Positions 45,785 through 55,860 of a stretch of 64,000 nucleotides of DNA are shown here, one piece after another. Below the pieces are notes generated by a model. It made no database searches. It saw only the letters and a program-made list of their open reading frames with translations, and had not been told where the DNA came from. The stretch lies in the NCBI GenBank assembly GCA_963785305.1, contig CAWAUV010000005.1:733201-797200 (forward strand). The letters run 5' to 3'. The translations under genes and the position numbers were made by a program. The DNA is from an uncultured Planctomycetaceae bacterium. Its GTDB lineage: Bacteria > Planctomycetota > Planctomycetia > Pirellulales > PALSA-1355. Numbering within the stretch: position 1 is the first letter of the stretch; each line of letters starts with the position of its first letter.

Positions 45785-46006
45785 ATGATGCAAATCCTTG
45801 AAGTCATCCGTCGTTGCCCATATTGCAAGCGCGAATCGACGGTCTCTCCGCAGTCTTATTCAGAAAATCCGTTCTGCGATGAGTGCTTGAACGAGAGAGT
45901 CGAGAACGCCAGCAGCAAGCTGGGTCCTATTACCTACAGAAAGTCGGGCAGTTATTACGAGATCATTTCATCGCCTGAAATGCAGCATTGCATCGTCGTA
46001 AGATAG
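45785..46006 (+). CDS. Small CxxC...CxxC Zn-finger protein
   Basis: CPYC-x16-CDEC; own promoter and SD; overlaps the kinase 3' end by 39 nt. Confidence 0.6.
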   Translation: MMQILEVIRRCPYCKRESTVSPQSYSENPFCDECLNERVENASSKLGPITYRKSGSYYEIISSPEMQHCIVVR

Positions 46007-47002
46007 CGATGTCGCCTTGATGGTATCTTGCTGCTTTGCCCTGCGGCTTGCACTATTAACGGTAAACGCTTCGACATCCCATCCGGCCGCTACTGATCGA
46101 AGGGTAACTTCGATCGTTGCCTGCCCTGGCCGAGACGCGGTCCATGTTATTTCTCCGTTCGGCTGAGCACTTGCGTTCCAGTCGAGCCGGATATTGATTC
46201 GCGCCAGAGTGTCTGCAAATTCGTTCGCCGAAGCAAATCGCTTTGTCGCGTCAACGCTAAGCGCCTTACGAATGGCACGACAGATTGATTGCGGAACATG
46301 CGGCATGAATGCATTTCGATCGGGAAACTTCCCCTTAATGATTCGTTCGCGAATCTTGTCCGGCGGCGGCTCTTGAGCCTTGAAAAACTTATCGCCATTC
46401 ACCGCGCGATAAAGGGTCAGGCCAGCGTGATAGATGTCCGTTTTTATTGTTCCGATTCCAGTGATAAAAAATTCTGGCGGCAGCGCTCCCGGATACATTG
46501 GCGGAAGCGACGTTACGCCCGTCGCATCAAATGGCCTCGTCTGTCCAAAGTCGGCAACCATTGGATCATCTCGGTCGGACATCAGAACATTCGAGGGCTT
46601 TAGGTCGAAGTGAATAAAGCCGGCACGGTGTATCTGTCCTAGGCCGCTCAAAATCCCTTGCCCGATACGAAGCATTTCCGTAAGCCTAAGGGGGCTTATT
46701 GCTATTCGATCCTGGAGGCTTCCCCTCGCGAAATATGGCATCGAAAGACAGACGCGATCGCGACCTGGGCATTCGCCAGCAACGCGAATCGGCACGACGT
46801 TCGGATGGTCTGCCTTAAACATCGTCTGCGCTTCGCGGAAGTATTCGTCGATTTTCCCCTTGAAATTGGCGTGCGGTATCTCCTTGACCGCCACCCTGCC
46901 GCCAAGCTGCGGATCATCGGCCAAGAAGACCTCGGAGTTCATTCCCTGGCCAACGCCAATTTGCTTCAGTTGCGTGTACTTAAACTGGGCTAGTATTTCC
47001 AT
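45968..47002 (-). CDS. Hanks-type Ser/Thr protein kinase (non-RD, no TM segment) with a ~75-aa C-terminal domain
   Basis: IGVGQGMNSEV loop, VAVKE, alphaC Glu (FREA), HPNVV, HFDLKPSN, DFG, PPE, DIY..G; SD GGAAGGA. Confidence 0.92.
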   Translation of the reverse strand: MEILAQFKYTQLKQIGVGQGMNSEVFLADDPQLGGRVAVKEIPHANFKGKIDEYFREAQTMFKADHPNVVPIRVAGECPGRDRVCLSMPYFARGSLQDRIAISPLRLTEMLRIGQGILSGLGQIHRAGFIHFDLKPSNVLMSDRDDPMVADFGQTRPFDATGVTSLPPMYPGALPPEFFITGIGTIKTDIYHAGLTLYRAVNGDKFFKAQEPPPDKIRERIIKGKFPDRNAFMPHVPQSICRAIRKALSVDATKRFASANEFADTLARINIRLDWNASAQPNGEITWTASRPGQATIEVTLRSVAAGWDVEAFTVNSASRRAKQQDTIKATSLSYDDAMLHFRR

Positions 47003-47468
47003 GTGTTCCTTCCAGCGCCGCCGTAGCAGCGAGGATTGCTTCCTTTCGATTCGCTGGCTTTGAAGACCAATCAAGTCCGCGCAATTCGTCTGCGTCCAAG
47101 TAAAGCTTCGCCGAAGCAGATCCAATCTTAGCCGAGATTGTTCGTAATGCGCCCGTCGATATCGGCAGTCTCTCGGAATAAATAGTTTCGAGCACGACGC
47201 CTTCGATTCGCAATCTTATATCCATACTGCCAGCGCCCTTGCCACGCCGCCCAAAGGTTTCTGGGTATCGAAGTGCCGCCCGATCGGGCGCGTATTGCTG
47301 AATTGTGGTGCGCACACGCTCTCGATACCACGAAAGCGCCTGCGCCTCGGAATACGTGGCTGGCGCACTGAACTTGTCGTCTGCAATAAGGACCGGATTG
47401 TCCGGGGTTCCCTCGACAAGCGCCCAATGGATCATCTTTGGCTCAACGCGGAAGCCGATTGCCTTCAT
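46980..47468 (-). CDS. RuvC/YqgF-like RNase H-fold protein with an altered active site
   Basis: Pattern MKAIGFRVEP..IHWALVE ... PDRAALRYPE ... IEGVV ... RKEAILAA parallels RuvC ILGIDPG/VAIE/D..DA (comparison by eye). Confidence 0.55.
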   Translation of the reverse strand: MKAIGFRVEPKMIHWALVEGTPDNPVLIADDKFSAPATYSEAQALSWYRERVRTTIQQYAPDRAALRYPETFGRRGKGAGSMDIRLRIEGVVLETIYSERLPISTGALRTISAKIGSASAKLYLDADELRGLDWSSKPANRKEAILAATAALEGTHGNTSPV

Positions 47469-47662
47469 TGGAATCCCTCCGGAGATGCGTACTTTTTCGC
47501 ATCACGACGCGCAGCCAGTAACAGCTGCTGCCGGACCCAGGCCGATAAATCGAGCCCAGACGAACCGGCAGCCGCTTTGAATGATTCGTATTCCCGCTGC
47601 TGAACGCGAACTTGCATGAGCTTTTCGCGTGCAGTCCCTTTTGGTTTTGTTGGTCTAGCCAT
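47465..47662 (-). CDS. Ribbon-helix-helix DNA-binding protein
   Basis: MQVRV strand, then EYESFKAAA..SGLDLSAWVRQQL helices; stop overlaps the next ATG (ATGA). Confidence 0.75.
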   Translation of the reverse strand: MARPTKPKGTAREKLMQVRVQQREYESFKAAAGSSGLDLSAWVRQQLLLAARRDAKKYASPEGFQ

Positions 47663-47668
47663 GCAAGA

Positions 47669-47738
47669 AGTGTAACGACAAAAAAATTACGGTCAAGCTG
47701 CGAATGCCCATTGACTGTAATGTTATCGTCGTTACAAT
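47669..47738. promoter_or_regulatory. Mirror-image divergent promoters with two TGTAA-N11-TTAC operators
   Basis: Minus strand TTGACC-N16-TACACT (47696-47669); plus strand TTGACT-N16-TACAAT (47711-47738); both spacers begin GTAAT and end GTCGT. Confidence 0.75.
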
Positions 47739-47865
47739 AACGGCATGAGAAAAACCCCGGTGCTCCCCTGGCAGGGAACATCGGGGCGAGAAACAACCAG
47801 GCTTTCGCTAGGCTGCTCCGACAAAGCCAATTCTAGCGAGGGCCGCAGAAAAAAGCGACTCTCCC

Positions 47866-48906
47866 ATGATGATTGCCTGTGCCCACGCCACCACGAAGAA
47901 ACACGGCCGCGACCGACACGGAAACCAACGGCTACGCTGCCAAATGTGCGGCAAGACGTGGGTTGAAGTCCAGCCGGTAAAGCCGCTCGGCAAAATGCAG
48001 GTTCCCGTCGCCGAAGCCAAGCTGGCGCTGCGAATGCTGGCCGAGGGCATGTCGCTCCGGGCCACGGCGCGGACGACTGGCCTTGCGCTCAACACCACTT
48101 GCAAGCTGCTGGTTTTCTTCGGGGAAGCCTGCCAGCGGTTTCTCGACCAGCGCATGTGCGGGATCACGCTGACGCATTTGCAGTTCGATGAGCAGTGGAC
48201 CTACGTTGCGAAAAAGCAGTCCCGGCTCACGACCGACGAGCGGAAGCATTGCAGCGAAATCGGCGACGTGTATCTGTGGACGTGCATCGACCAGAAAACC
48301 AAATTGCTCCCCGGTTTCTTGCTCGGCAAGCGATCGGCTGACAACGCTCGCCGCTTTATGATGGACATTGCCGGCCGGCTGGTATTCCCGAACGCCCATG
48401 CGAGCGATTCCCATAGCTTCCAGGCTGGCGGATACACGCCCATTACCCAAATCTCGACCGACTGCTTTGCGGCCTACCCCGAGGCGGTTGACTTGGCCTT
48501 TGGCCCCTACGCCAAGTTCGGGACGATTCGCAAGGAATATCGCAACGCCACGATGATTTACACGCCGAGCGAAATGGTCGGAACCGACCGAACCGGCATT
48601 CGCGGCATAGGCGACGACGAACTGCGGACGATATGCACGTCCCACGTCGAACGGCTAAACGGAACCCAGCGCCTGTTTATGAAGCGGCTAAACCGGCTGA
48701 CTTATTGCTTTTCCAAGAAACTGGCGAACCTGGAAGCGGCTTTCGCCCTGTTCGCGGCCTACTATAATTTCTGCTGGCAGACCCGGATGGCCGGCAAGCG
48801 GGGCAAGAAACGGCCGTCGGCCGCTATGATGGCCAAGCTGACGGGTCACGTTTGGTCCTTCGACGAACTTTTCGCGGCCGTCCTGAAATCAGCAACACAA
48901 CTTTGA
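47866..48906 (+). CDS. Single-ORF IS1-family DDE transposase
   Basis: Zn ribbon (C.H...G...QR.RCQMC), HTH (EGMSLRATARTTG), DDE in QFDEQWTYV / STDCF / TSHVERLN, RLNRLT.CFSKK; stop lies inside the right IR. Confidence 0.9.
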   Translation: MMIACAHATTKKHGRDRHGNQRLRCQMCGKTWVEVQPVKPLGKMQVPVAEAKLALRMLAEGMSLRATARTTGLALNTTCKLLVFFGEACQRFLDQRMCGITLTHLQFDEQWTYVAKKQSRLTTDERKHCSEIGDVYLWTCIDQKTKLLPGFLLGKRSADNARRFMMDIAGRLVFPNAHASDSHSFQAGGYTPITQISTDCFAAYPEAVDLAFGPYAKFGTIRKEYRNATMIYTPSEMVGTDRTGIRGIGDDELRTICTSHVERLNGTQRLFMKRLNRLTYCFSKKLANLEAAFALFAAYYNFCWQTRMAGKRGKKRPSAAMMAKLTGHVWSFDELFAAVLKSATQL

Positions 48907-49230
48907 GGCACTACCAACCCCGCCAAGGGCTCGCGGCTCAACCGGCGATCGACTAAGATAGCGGCTTGGGCGTATTCCGCGTCGAGATTCCCAAACTTGG
49001 CGATTCGCCTTGGACGCTCCCACGGGGGGCGGCAGGTGATGACGTTCGCTGGGAGTCGGTGTCGCTGATGCCCGCCGAGCGTCTCGCGCATGTGAACTCC
49101 CAGGCGTCATCGAACTGAAAAGCAAACGACGCCCTTCGCGATGGATCGCCGGTGTCGGCGGGCTGGCTCCCGCTCGTTCGCTGATTTCCCCGCTTTGAAT
49201 CAATCTCCCCAACCACGGCTTCCCGCCCCC

Positions 49231-50641
49231 ATGACAAGTCTGCCGATCGTCGAGGCCCCCCGTTCCACCGCCCAGCGTGCTCCCAGCGCCGGTGGCGACA
49301 AGGGACGCTATGCGTTTATCAGCCTCGGCTGCCCGAAAAATCTGGTCGATAGCGAGCGCATGCTCGGCTTGCTGCAGCTCGACGGCTATCGCCTGACGCC
49401 GGAGCCCGAGGGAACCGACTTCGTGATCGTCAACACCTGCGGATTCATCGAGCGGGCGCGCGATGAATCGTTCGGGGCGATCGAAGAAATGCTCGCGCTC
49501 AAGCGGCGCGGCGGCACCCGCGGCGTGATCGTTTCCGGTTGCCTCGCCGAGCGCGAAAAGCAGGCCCTGCTCGACCGCTGCCCGGACATCAACCACTTGG
49601 TCGGCGTGTTTGGCCGAGAGCAGGTGACCAAAGTCGCCGATCGACTCATCCACGGACTCGACGAACAGCGGCTGGTATTTCAGCCGGCGCCGGTCCGGGC
49701 GCTTTCCGATCGCGATCGTTTGCGAATCACTCCGCGGCATTTCGCGTATTTGAAAATTTCCGAGGGTTGCGACCGGCTTTGCACGTTTTGCGCGATTCCC
49801 AAGATGCGCGGCAAGCACGCGACCAAGCCCATGGAAGAAGTGCTCGCCGAGGCCCGCGAGTTGGCGGCCGACGGAGTGCGCGAACTCGTGATCGTGGCTC
49901 AAGACACGACCTACTACGGCATGGATCTCTATGGCGAGCCGCGCTTGGCCGAACTGCTGCGCGAACTCGAAAAGATCGAAGGCATCGTCTGGATTCGGTT
50001 GATGTACTTGTATCCGATGTATTTTACCGACGAGCTGATCGAGGTGATCGCCCAGAGCCGCAAGATTTTGCCCTATCTCGACCTTCCCTTGCAGCACGCT
50101 TCCGACCCGATGCTCCGCCGCATGCTGCGGCGCGTGTCGCGCCGAGACCGAGACTTTGCTTTCGAAGCTGCGGTCGCGCATCGCGGGGCTCGTGCTGCGA
50201 ACCACGTTTATCGTCGGCTTTCCAGGCGAGACCGAAGCCGACTTCGCGGATCTCCAGGAGTTCGTCGCTCGATGGAAGTTCGAGCGATTGGGCGTGTTCA
50301 CCTATTCGTTCGAGCCCGACACGCCGGCGGCCCGGCTGCCGAATCAACTCGACGAGCCGACGAAAGACGAACGTCGCGAGCGGCTCATGGCCATGCAGCA
50401 AGAGGTGGCGTTTGCCTGGACCGAGCGGCAGGTGGGTCGGCGGGTCGATGTGCTGATCGATCGACCGGTGCCGGGGGAAAAAAACGCATGGATCGGTCGC
50501 GGTCCGTTCGATGCCCCCGATGTCGACGCCGTGGTCTATGTGACCGGCAAGCGAATCAAGGCCGGCGCGATCGTGCCCTGTGAAATCGTGGCCACGAGCG
50601 ACTATGATCTCGTGGCCGTGGCCGTGGGCAAGCCGCGTTGA
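49231..50641 (+). CDS. rimO: Ribosomal protein S12 methylthiotransferase RimO (indel near 50140)
   Basis: [40 protein letters not shown] domain DAPDVD. Confidence 0.95.
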
Positions 50642-50683
50642 CCCGAGGCGTTGCAATCTTATCGTCAGCAAAGGGGCGCTAGC

Positions 50684-51301
50684 GTGTCGATCGCCGCGAA
50701 GGAAACTCCGAAAAACGAATCGCTGAATCGGGTTTTCAACGTCCCGAATCAGATTACGACGGCGCGGCTGGTGCTGGCGATCGTATTGTTTGGGCTCATG
50801 TCGTGGAACATCTACGGCGCCAGCCTCGTCGTGTTCCTCATTGCCGCCGGCACCGATTGGATGGACGGCTACTATGCCCGCAAATACGGGCAAGTAACCG
50901 TGCTTGGGCGCATTCTCGATCCGTTCGTCGACAAGATCATCATTTGCGGCGCGTTTATCTATCTCGCCGCGGCGCCCTTGGAGCCGGTCGATTCGGGGGT
51001 GCGCGCCTGGATGGCGGTGGTGGTCGTGGGTCGCGAACTGTTGGTCACGGCGGTGCGCAGCTTCTTGGAAACCCAGGGCGCCGATTTCTCCGCGTCTTGG
51101 TCGGGCAAATTGAAAATGGTGCTCCAGTGCGGCGCCGTGGCGCTAAGCCTCCATGCCCTTTCGCTGGCAAGCAATGTGCCGCCGTGGTTGCAGGTCACGT
51201 TGCCCGTGACGATCTGGGCTTCGATCGCCATGACGCTCTATTCGGGCTTCGCCTATATTCTGGCGGCCGTTCGTCTTTTTGCGCCGGAGGCTGGCGGCTG
51301 A
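50684..51301 (+). CDS. pgsA: CDP-diacylglycerol--glycerol-3-phosphate 3-phosphatidyltransferase
   Basis: NVPNQITTAR, TDWMDGYYAR..G.VT.LGRILDPFVDK, GRELLVT, GKLKM. Confidence 0.93.
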   Translation: MSIAAKETPKNESLNRVFNVPNQITTARLVLAIVLFGLMSWNIYGASLVVFLIAAGTDWMDGYYARKYGQVTVLGRILDPFVDKIIICGAFIYLAAAPLEPVDSGVRAWMAVVVVGRELLVTAVRSFLETQGADFSASWSGKLKMVLQCGAVALSLHALSLASNVPPWLQVTLPVTIWASIAMTLYSGFAYILAAVRLFAPEAGG

Positions 51302-51318
51302 ACACGCCCGCGAGTCGC

Positions 51319-52330
51319 ATGCTGCCGCACGACGCGCCCGCTACCGCCGTTACCGTGTTGTCGTTGACTCTGATCGGCGGCAGCGTGGCTTTGTGGATAC
51401 GCGCCGCGGGGAAATGGACGTCTGGTCAAGCGGCGGTCGCGCGCGAGCCACATCGACCGGTTCCCTGGAGCATGGTCGACGCGGCGATGGTTTTCATGGT
51501 GTGGATCGTGCTGCTGGCGGCGCTGCCGGAATTATGCATTCTTGCCGGCGGCGGCTCGGAGACCATGACCAAGGTCGAGCTCCACTACTTTATGATGGCG
51601 GGCCCCCTGCTGGCCAATCTGATCGCGTTTGCGTTCGGCGCCGGGTGGCTCGCGGCGCGCGAGCGCGGCTCGATGATTTCGGCATTCAGCCTCGACAATG
51701 GCGGCGCGATCTCGGACTGGGCGCGCTCGGTTTCGTCGCCGCCGCGGCGCCGGTGTATTTGCTGCAAAGCCTGCTCTCGCGAATCTGGCCATCGGAGCAT
51801 CCGCTCGTGACGCTCCTCAAGAAGAGCGACGACCACGGAATCATCGCGCTGGCGGTCCTCGTGGGCGTGGTTGTCGCGCCCGTGGTCGAGGAGTTTTTGT
51901 TTCGGCTCGTGCTTCAGGGCGCGCTCGAGCGCGCGGAATTGCTGGCCGCTACCCAGGAATCGGCGAAAGCCGAGCCATCGCCCGCTGCTCGGGGAGGTCC
52001 GGCGGAATCCGGCGCCGTCGCGCCCGCGGAAGTCGCCGGCGTCCGACCGCGCCTCGAAGAGCTCGATGGTTCCCCCGCGGGTCCGCCGAATTCGCGCGTG
52101 TGGGGCTTGCCGCTGGGCGTTTGGCCAATGACGATTAGTTCCACGCTCTTCGCCTTGATGCACGCACGGGGGGACCCGACCCGATTCCGCTGCTGCTGCT
52201 AGCATTGATCTTGGGATATTTGTATCGTCAGACGCATCGCATTCTCCCTTCGATCGTCGTGCATATGTCGCTTAACGGATGCAGCCTCTTCATCCTTTGG
52301 ATGCAGATCAGTGGCTTGCTCTCGGAATGA
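51319..52330 (+). CDS. CPBP (Abi/CAAX) intramembrane metalloprotease (two indels)
   Basis: APVVEEFLFR, FALMH, ..PSIVVHMSLN. Confidence 0.8.
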
Positions 52331-52413
52331 TGATTCGGCTCTCCCATGGACCCGGCAGGGGCGCCGTTAGCTCGCCGGGCGGTTCTCCAAATGTTTACGG
52401 AAGGTTGTCAACA

Positions 52414-53546
52414 ATGCCTCTCGGCTTCGGCATTATCGGTTGCGGCATGATCGCCAAGTTTCATGCTCGCGCAATCGCGGAACTCCATGGCGCGCGATTG
52501 GTCGCCTGTCAAAGCGAGCATAAGGCCCATGCCGATCAGCTCGCCGGCCTCTTCGGCGGAAAGGCCTATGCCAAGCTCGATGATATGCTCGCCGACCCCG
52601 CGCTCGATGTGGCGATCATCTGCACGCCCAGCGGAGCGCACATGGAGCCCGCCGTGGCCGCGGCTCGCGCCGGCAAGCATGTGGTCGTGGAAAAGCCGCT
52701 CGAAATCACGCTCAAGCGCTGCGACACGATCATCGAGGAGTGCAAGAAAAACAAGGTCTTGCTCAGCACGATGTTCCCGTCGCGTTTTCATGGCGCCAGC
52801 GCTCAAATGAAAGCCGCGGTCGACGAGGGCCGCTTCGGCCGGCTCACCCTGGCCGAAGCCTATGTAAAGTGGTATCGCACCCAAGCCTACTACGATAGCG
52901 GCGCCTGGCGCGGCACCTGGAAGTTCGATGGTGGCGGCGCCCTCATGAATCAGGCTATCCATAGTGTCGATCTGCTCTCGTGGTTCATGGGTCCCGTGGC
53001 CGAAGTGTCGGCTTACAGCGCAACCCTGGCCCATGAACGGATCGAGGTCGAAGACACCCTGGTCGCCACGCTCCGGTTTGCCAGCGGCGCCTTGGGCGTG
53101 ATCGAAGCCTCGACCGCCGCGTGGCCGGGCTATCTGAAGCGCATCGAGCTCCACGGTTCCGAAGGCTCGGCCGCGCTCGAGGAAGAAGACCTCGTCGTCT
53201 GGGACTTTCTCCGCAAAGCAAGGGGCGACGCAATGCTCAAGCGACGCATGAGCCAGCGCCGAGCGGCCCAGGCGGCGCCGGAGATCCGAGCGCCATCGAC
53301 TATCAGCCCCATGCCCGGCAACTGCGCGATGTTCTGCTGGCGGTGCGCGAGGGTCGGGCGCCGCTCATCGATGGCCGCGAGGGACGGCGGTCGGTCGAGA
53401 TTATTCTTGCTATCTATGAAAGCGCCGGCGCCGGCCGCTCGACGCGGTTGCCACTCGATCGCGACCCGCCGCGTCCGATGCCCCGCGCACAAAAAGACGC
53501 GGGAAAACCGGCCGCGAAGCGTCCCGCGAAAAGCCGCTCGAAATAA
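52414..53546 (+). CDS. Gfo/Idh/MocA oxidoreductase (indel near 53262)
   Basis: GIIGCGMI, CTPSGAH, HVVVEKP, GGGALMNQAIH..D. Confidence 0.9.
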
Positions 53547-53754
53547 TGCCCGTCGATCTTGCTTGGCGGCGGTCAACTCGGTAGTATTCGCCCGCTTTTC
53601 CCTCGAACCGGCCGAACGCGCGCGTTTTGGCGGCTCGCTCCAAGGATGGAGCGGAGACCCACGCGGCGCGGACGATCGGAAAGCAATCGCGACCCAAACA
53701 TCCCGCAAGCTTCCCCGCGTCTTGAGCGCAAGCGTATCGGAAAGGACTCCGGTC

Positions 53755-54817
53755 ATGGCGACAAGCCTCAGCGAACTGGCGGCTCTGGTGGCTGGCCAAC
53801 TCGTCGGCGACCCCGAGCTTCGAATCCATGCCGCGCGGCCGCTGGTCGACGCTGGCCCCGGCGATATTACATTGATCGACCATGTCGACAAAGCGGGCCG
53901 CTTGTCGCAGACCGGCGCCGCGGCCGTCGTGGTGTCGCGAGAGTTTCCGGTCACGTCGCTCGCGTGCCCGGCGATTATCGTGGCCGACGTGCATCAGGCG
54001 TTCGCGCGGATCGCGAGCCACTTTCGGCCGCCGCGCGTGGCTCGGCCGGTGGGAATCAGCGCGGCGGCGGCACATCAGCCCCACGGCCAAATTCCTCGGA
54101 CCGGTCGATGTGCATCCGGGCGCGTCGATCGGCGACGATGTCGAGATCGGGGCCGGCTCGGTGATTCATTCCGGCACGCGCGTGCTCGGCGGATGCAAGC
54201 TGGGCCAACGCGTGACGATCTTCCCCAACGCCGTGTTGTACGAGGACACCGTGGTCGGCGATCGCTCCGTGATCCATGCCAACGCCGTGCTGGGAGCGCA
54301 TGGATTCGGCTATAAGCTAATCGAGGGACGCCACCAGCCCACGGCCCAATTCGGCAATGTGCAGGTGGGCGCCGATGTCGAGATCGGGGCCGGCTCGACC
54401 GTCGATCGCGGCGCCTACGGGCCCACGGTCATTGGCGATGGCACCAAGATCGACAATCTGGTCATGGTCGCCCACAACTGCCATGTCGGCAAACACAATA
54501 TCCTCTGTTCGCAAGTTGGTATTGCCGGCAGCACCAACACTGGCGACTATGTGACGCTCGCCGGCCAAGTGGGCATTCGCGATCATGTGAAGATCGGCGA
54601 TCATGCGGTCGTGGGCGCCAAGGCGGGCGTGTCAAACGACGTGGCTCCCGGGGCCCATGTGTTGGGCAGCCCCGCGATGCCCGAACGCGATCAGAAAATT
54701 CAATTCGCCGCCATGGCTCGACTGCCCGAGATGCGCAAACAGCTCAAAGCGCTCGAGCGCAAGATCGATTCGCTGCTCGCCGACAAAGACATGGGTCCCG
54801 AGAAAAAGGCCGCCTAA
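53755..54817 (+). CDS. lpxD: UDP-3-O-acylglucosamine N-acyltransferase (indel near 54070)
   Basis: Hexapeptide repeats, GFGY, TVDRGA, TKIDNLVMVAHNC, QVGIAGS. Confidence 0.93.
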
Positions 54818-54857
54818 TCGGTCGCCGCGCGACCTTGGCAAATGGAATCGGCTGCCG

Positions 54858-55815
54858 ATGGCCACACTTGGCGACCCCTCGAGCTCGAATGTCTCCGCCT
54901 GGGCCGGAGCCGACGAACTCGCGCTAACTCGTTCCGCGACGCCCGGCGCGCACGCGAATCCCCCGCGCACGATCGGTCTTTTGGCCGGCTGGGGCCACTT
55001 TCCGCATGCCGTGGCCCGGGCGCTCGCGGCGCAAGGCCATCGTGTCGTGGGCCTTGGCATTCGCCATCATGCCGATCCGTCGCTTGCCGACTGCTGCGAC
55101 GATTTTGGCTGGGTCGGCCTTGCCCGGCTCGGCGGGGCCATTCGTTACTTTCGCCGTCGCGGTGTGCGCGAAGCGATCATGGCCGGCAAAGTTCACAAGG
55201 TGACTCTCTACCATCCCGGCGCCTGGCTGCGATATTTTCCCGATCTTTGCACGGTTCGCACTTTCTTTCCGCACTTCGTTCGCGCAAGAAGACCAGCGCG
55301 ATGATACGCTCTTGGGCGCCATCGTTCGCACATTCGACCGGCATGGCGTCGTGTTCAAACCCGCCACCGATTACGCTCCGGAGTTACTCGTGAAAGAAGG
55401 ATGCCTCACATTTCGCCAGCCGAGCGCGGCCGAGCAAAAGGATATCGAATTCGGCTGGCGATTGGCCAAGGAGATCGGCCGGCTCGATGTGGGCCAAAGC
55501 GTGGCGGTCAAGGATCGGGCGCCGCTGGCCATCGAAGCGATCGAAGGCACCGATGAATGCATCCGCCGCGCCGGTCAGCTCTGTCGCAAGGGCGGTTTTA
55601 CCGTGGTGAAAGTCGCCAAACCGAAGCAGGACATGCGATTCGATGTGCCCACGATCGGACTCGGCACAATCGAAACCCTTGCAGCCGCCGGCGGCCGTGT
55701 GCTCGCGATCGAGGCCGGTCGGACGATCATTCTCGATCAGGCCCAAGTCGTCGAGCTCGCGCGGCGCCACGGCATCGCGATCGTGGCCCTGGCCAGCGGC
55801 GATTGCGGCGGCTGA
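54858..55815 (+). CDS. lpxI: UDP-2,3-diacylglucosamine diphosphatase LpxI (indel near 55290)
   Basis: IGLLAGWG.FP, MAGKV.K, LDVGQSV, AIEAIEGTD, KP.QDMRFDVPTIG. Confidence 0.9.
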
Positions 55816-55860
55816 GGAGCGCGCGAAAAAACAGTTTGTCCACGAAGGTTCGTCCCTCGC

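Larger units (their letters stand above)
43070..48915 (+). mobile_element. Complete cargo-carrying IS1-family transposon (5846 bp)
   Basis: Perfect 25-bp terminal IR GGTAGTGCCTCAAAGTTGTGTTGCT (43070-43094; reverse complement 48891-48915); 8-bp TSD AACCCCGC (43062-43069 and 48916-48923); single transposase at the right end; cargo visibly lower in GC. Confidence 0.95.

Noticed and set aside
47745..47866. IS1-style -1 frameshift at A6 fusing the upstream ORF to the transposase
   Set aside because: The transposase is in the +1 frame relative to that ORF and already has its Zn ribbon, HTH and DDE in one frame.
51319..52330. CPBP/Abi protease as a phage-defence gene
   Set aside because: Host-like composition in a rimO-pgsA operon outside the transposon; the Abi name of this family is historical.
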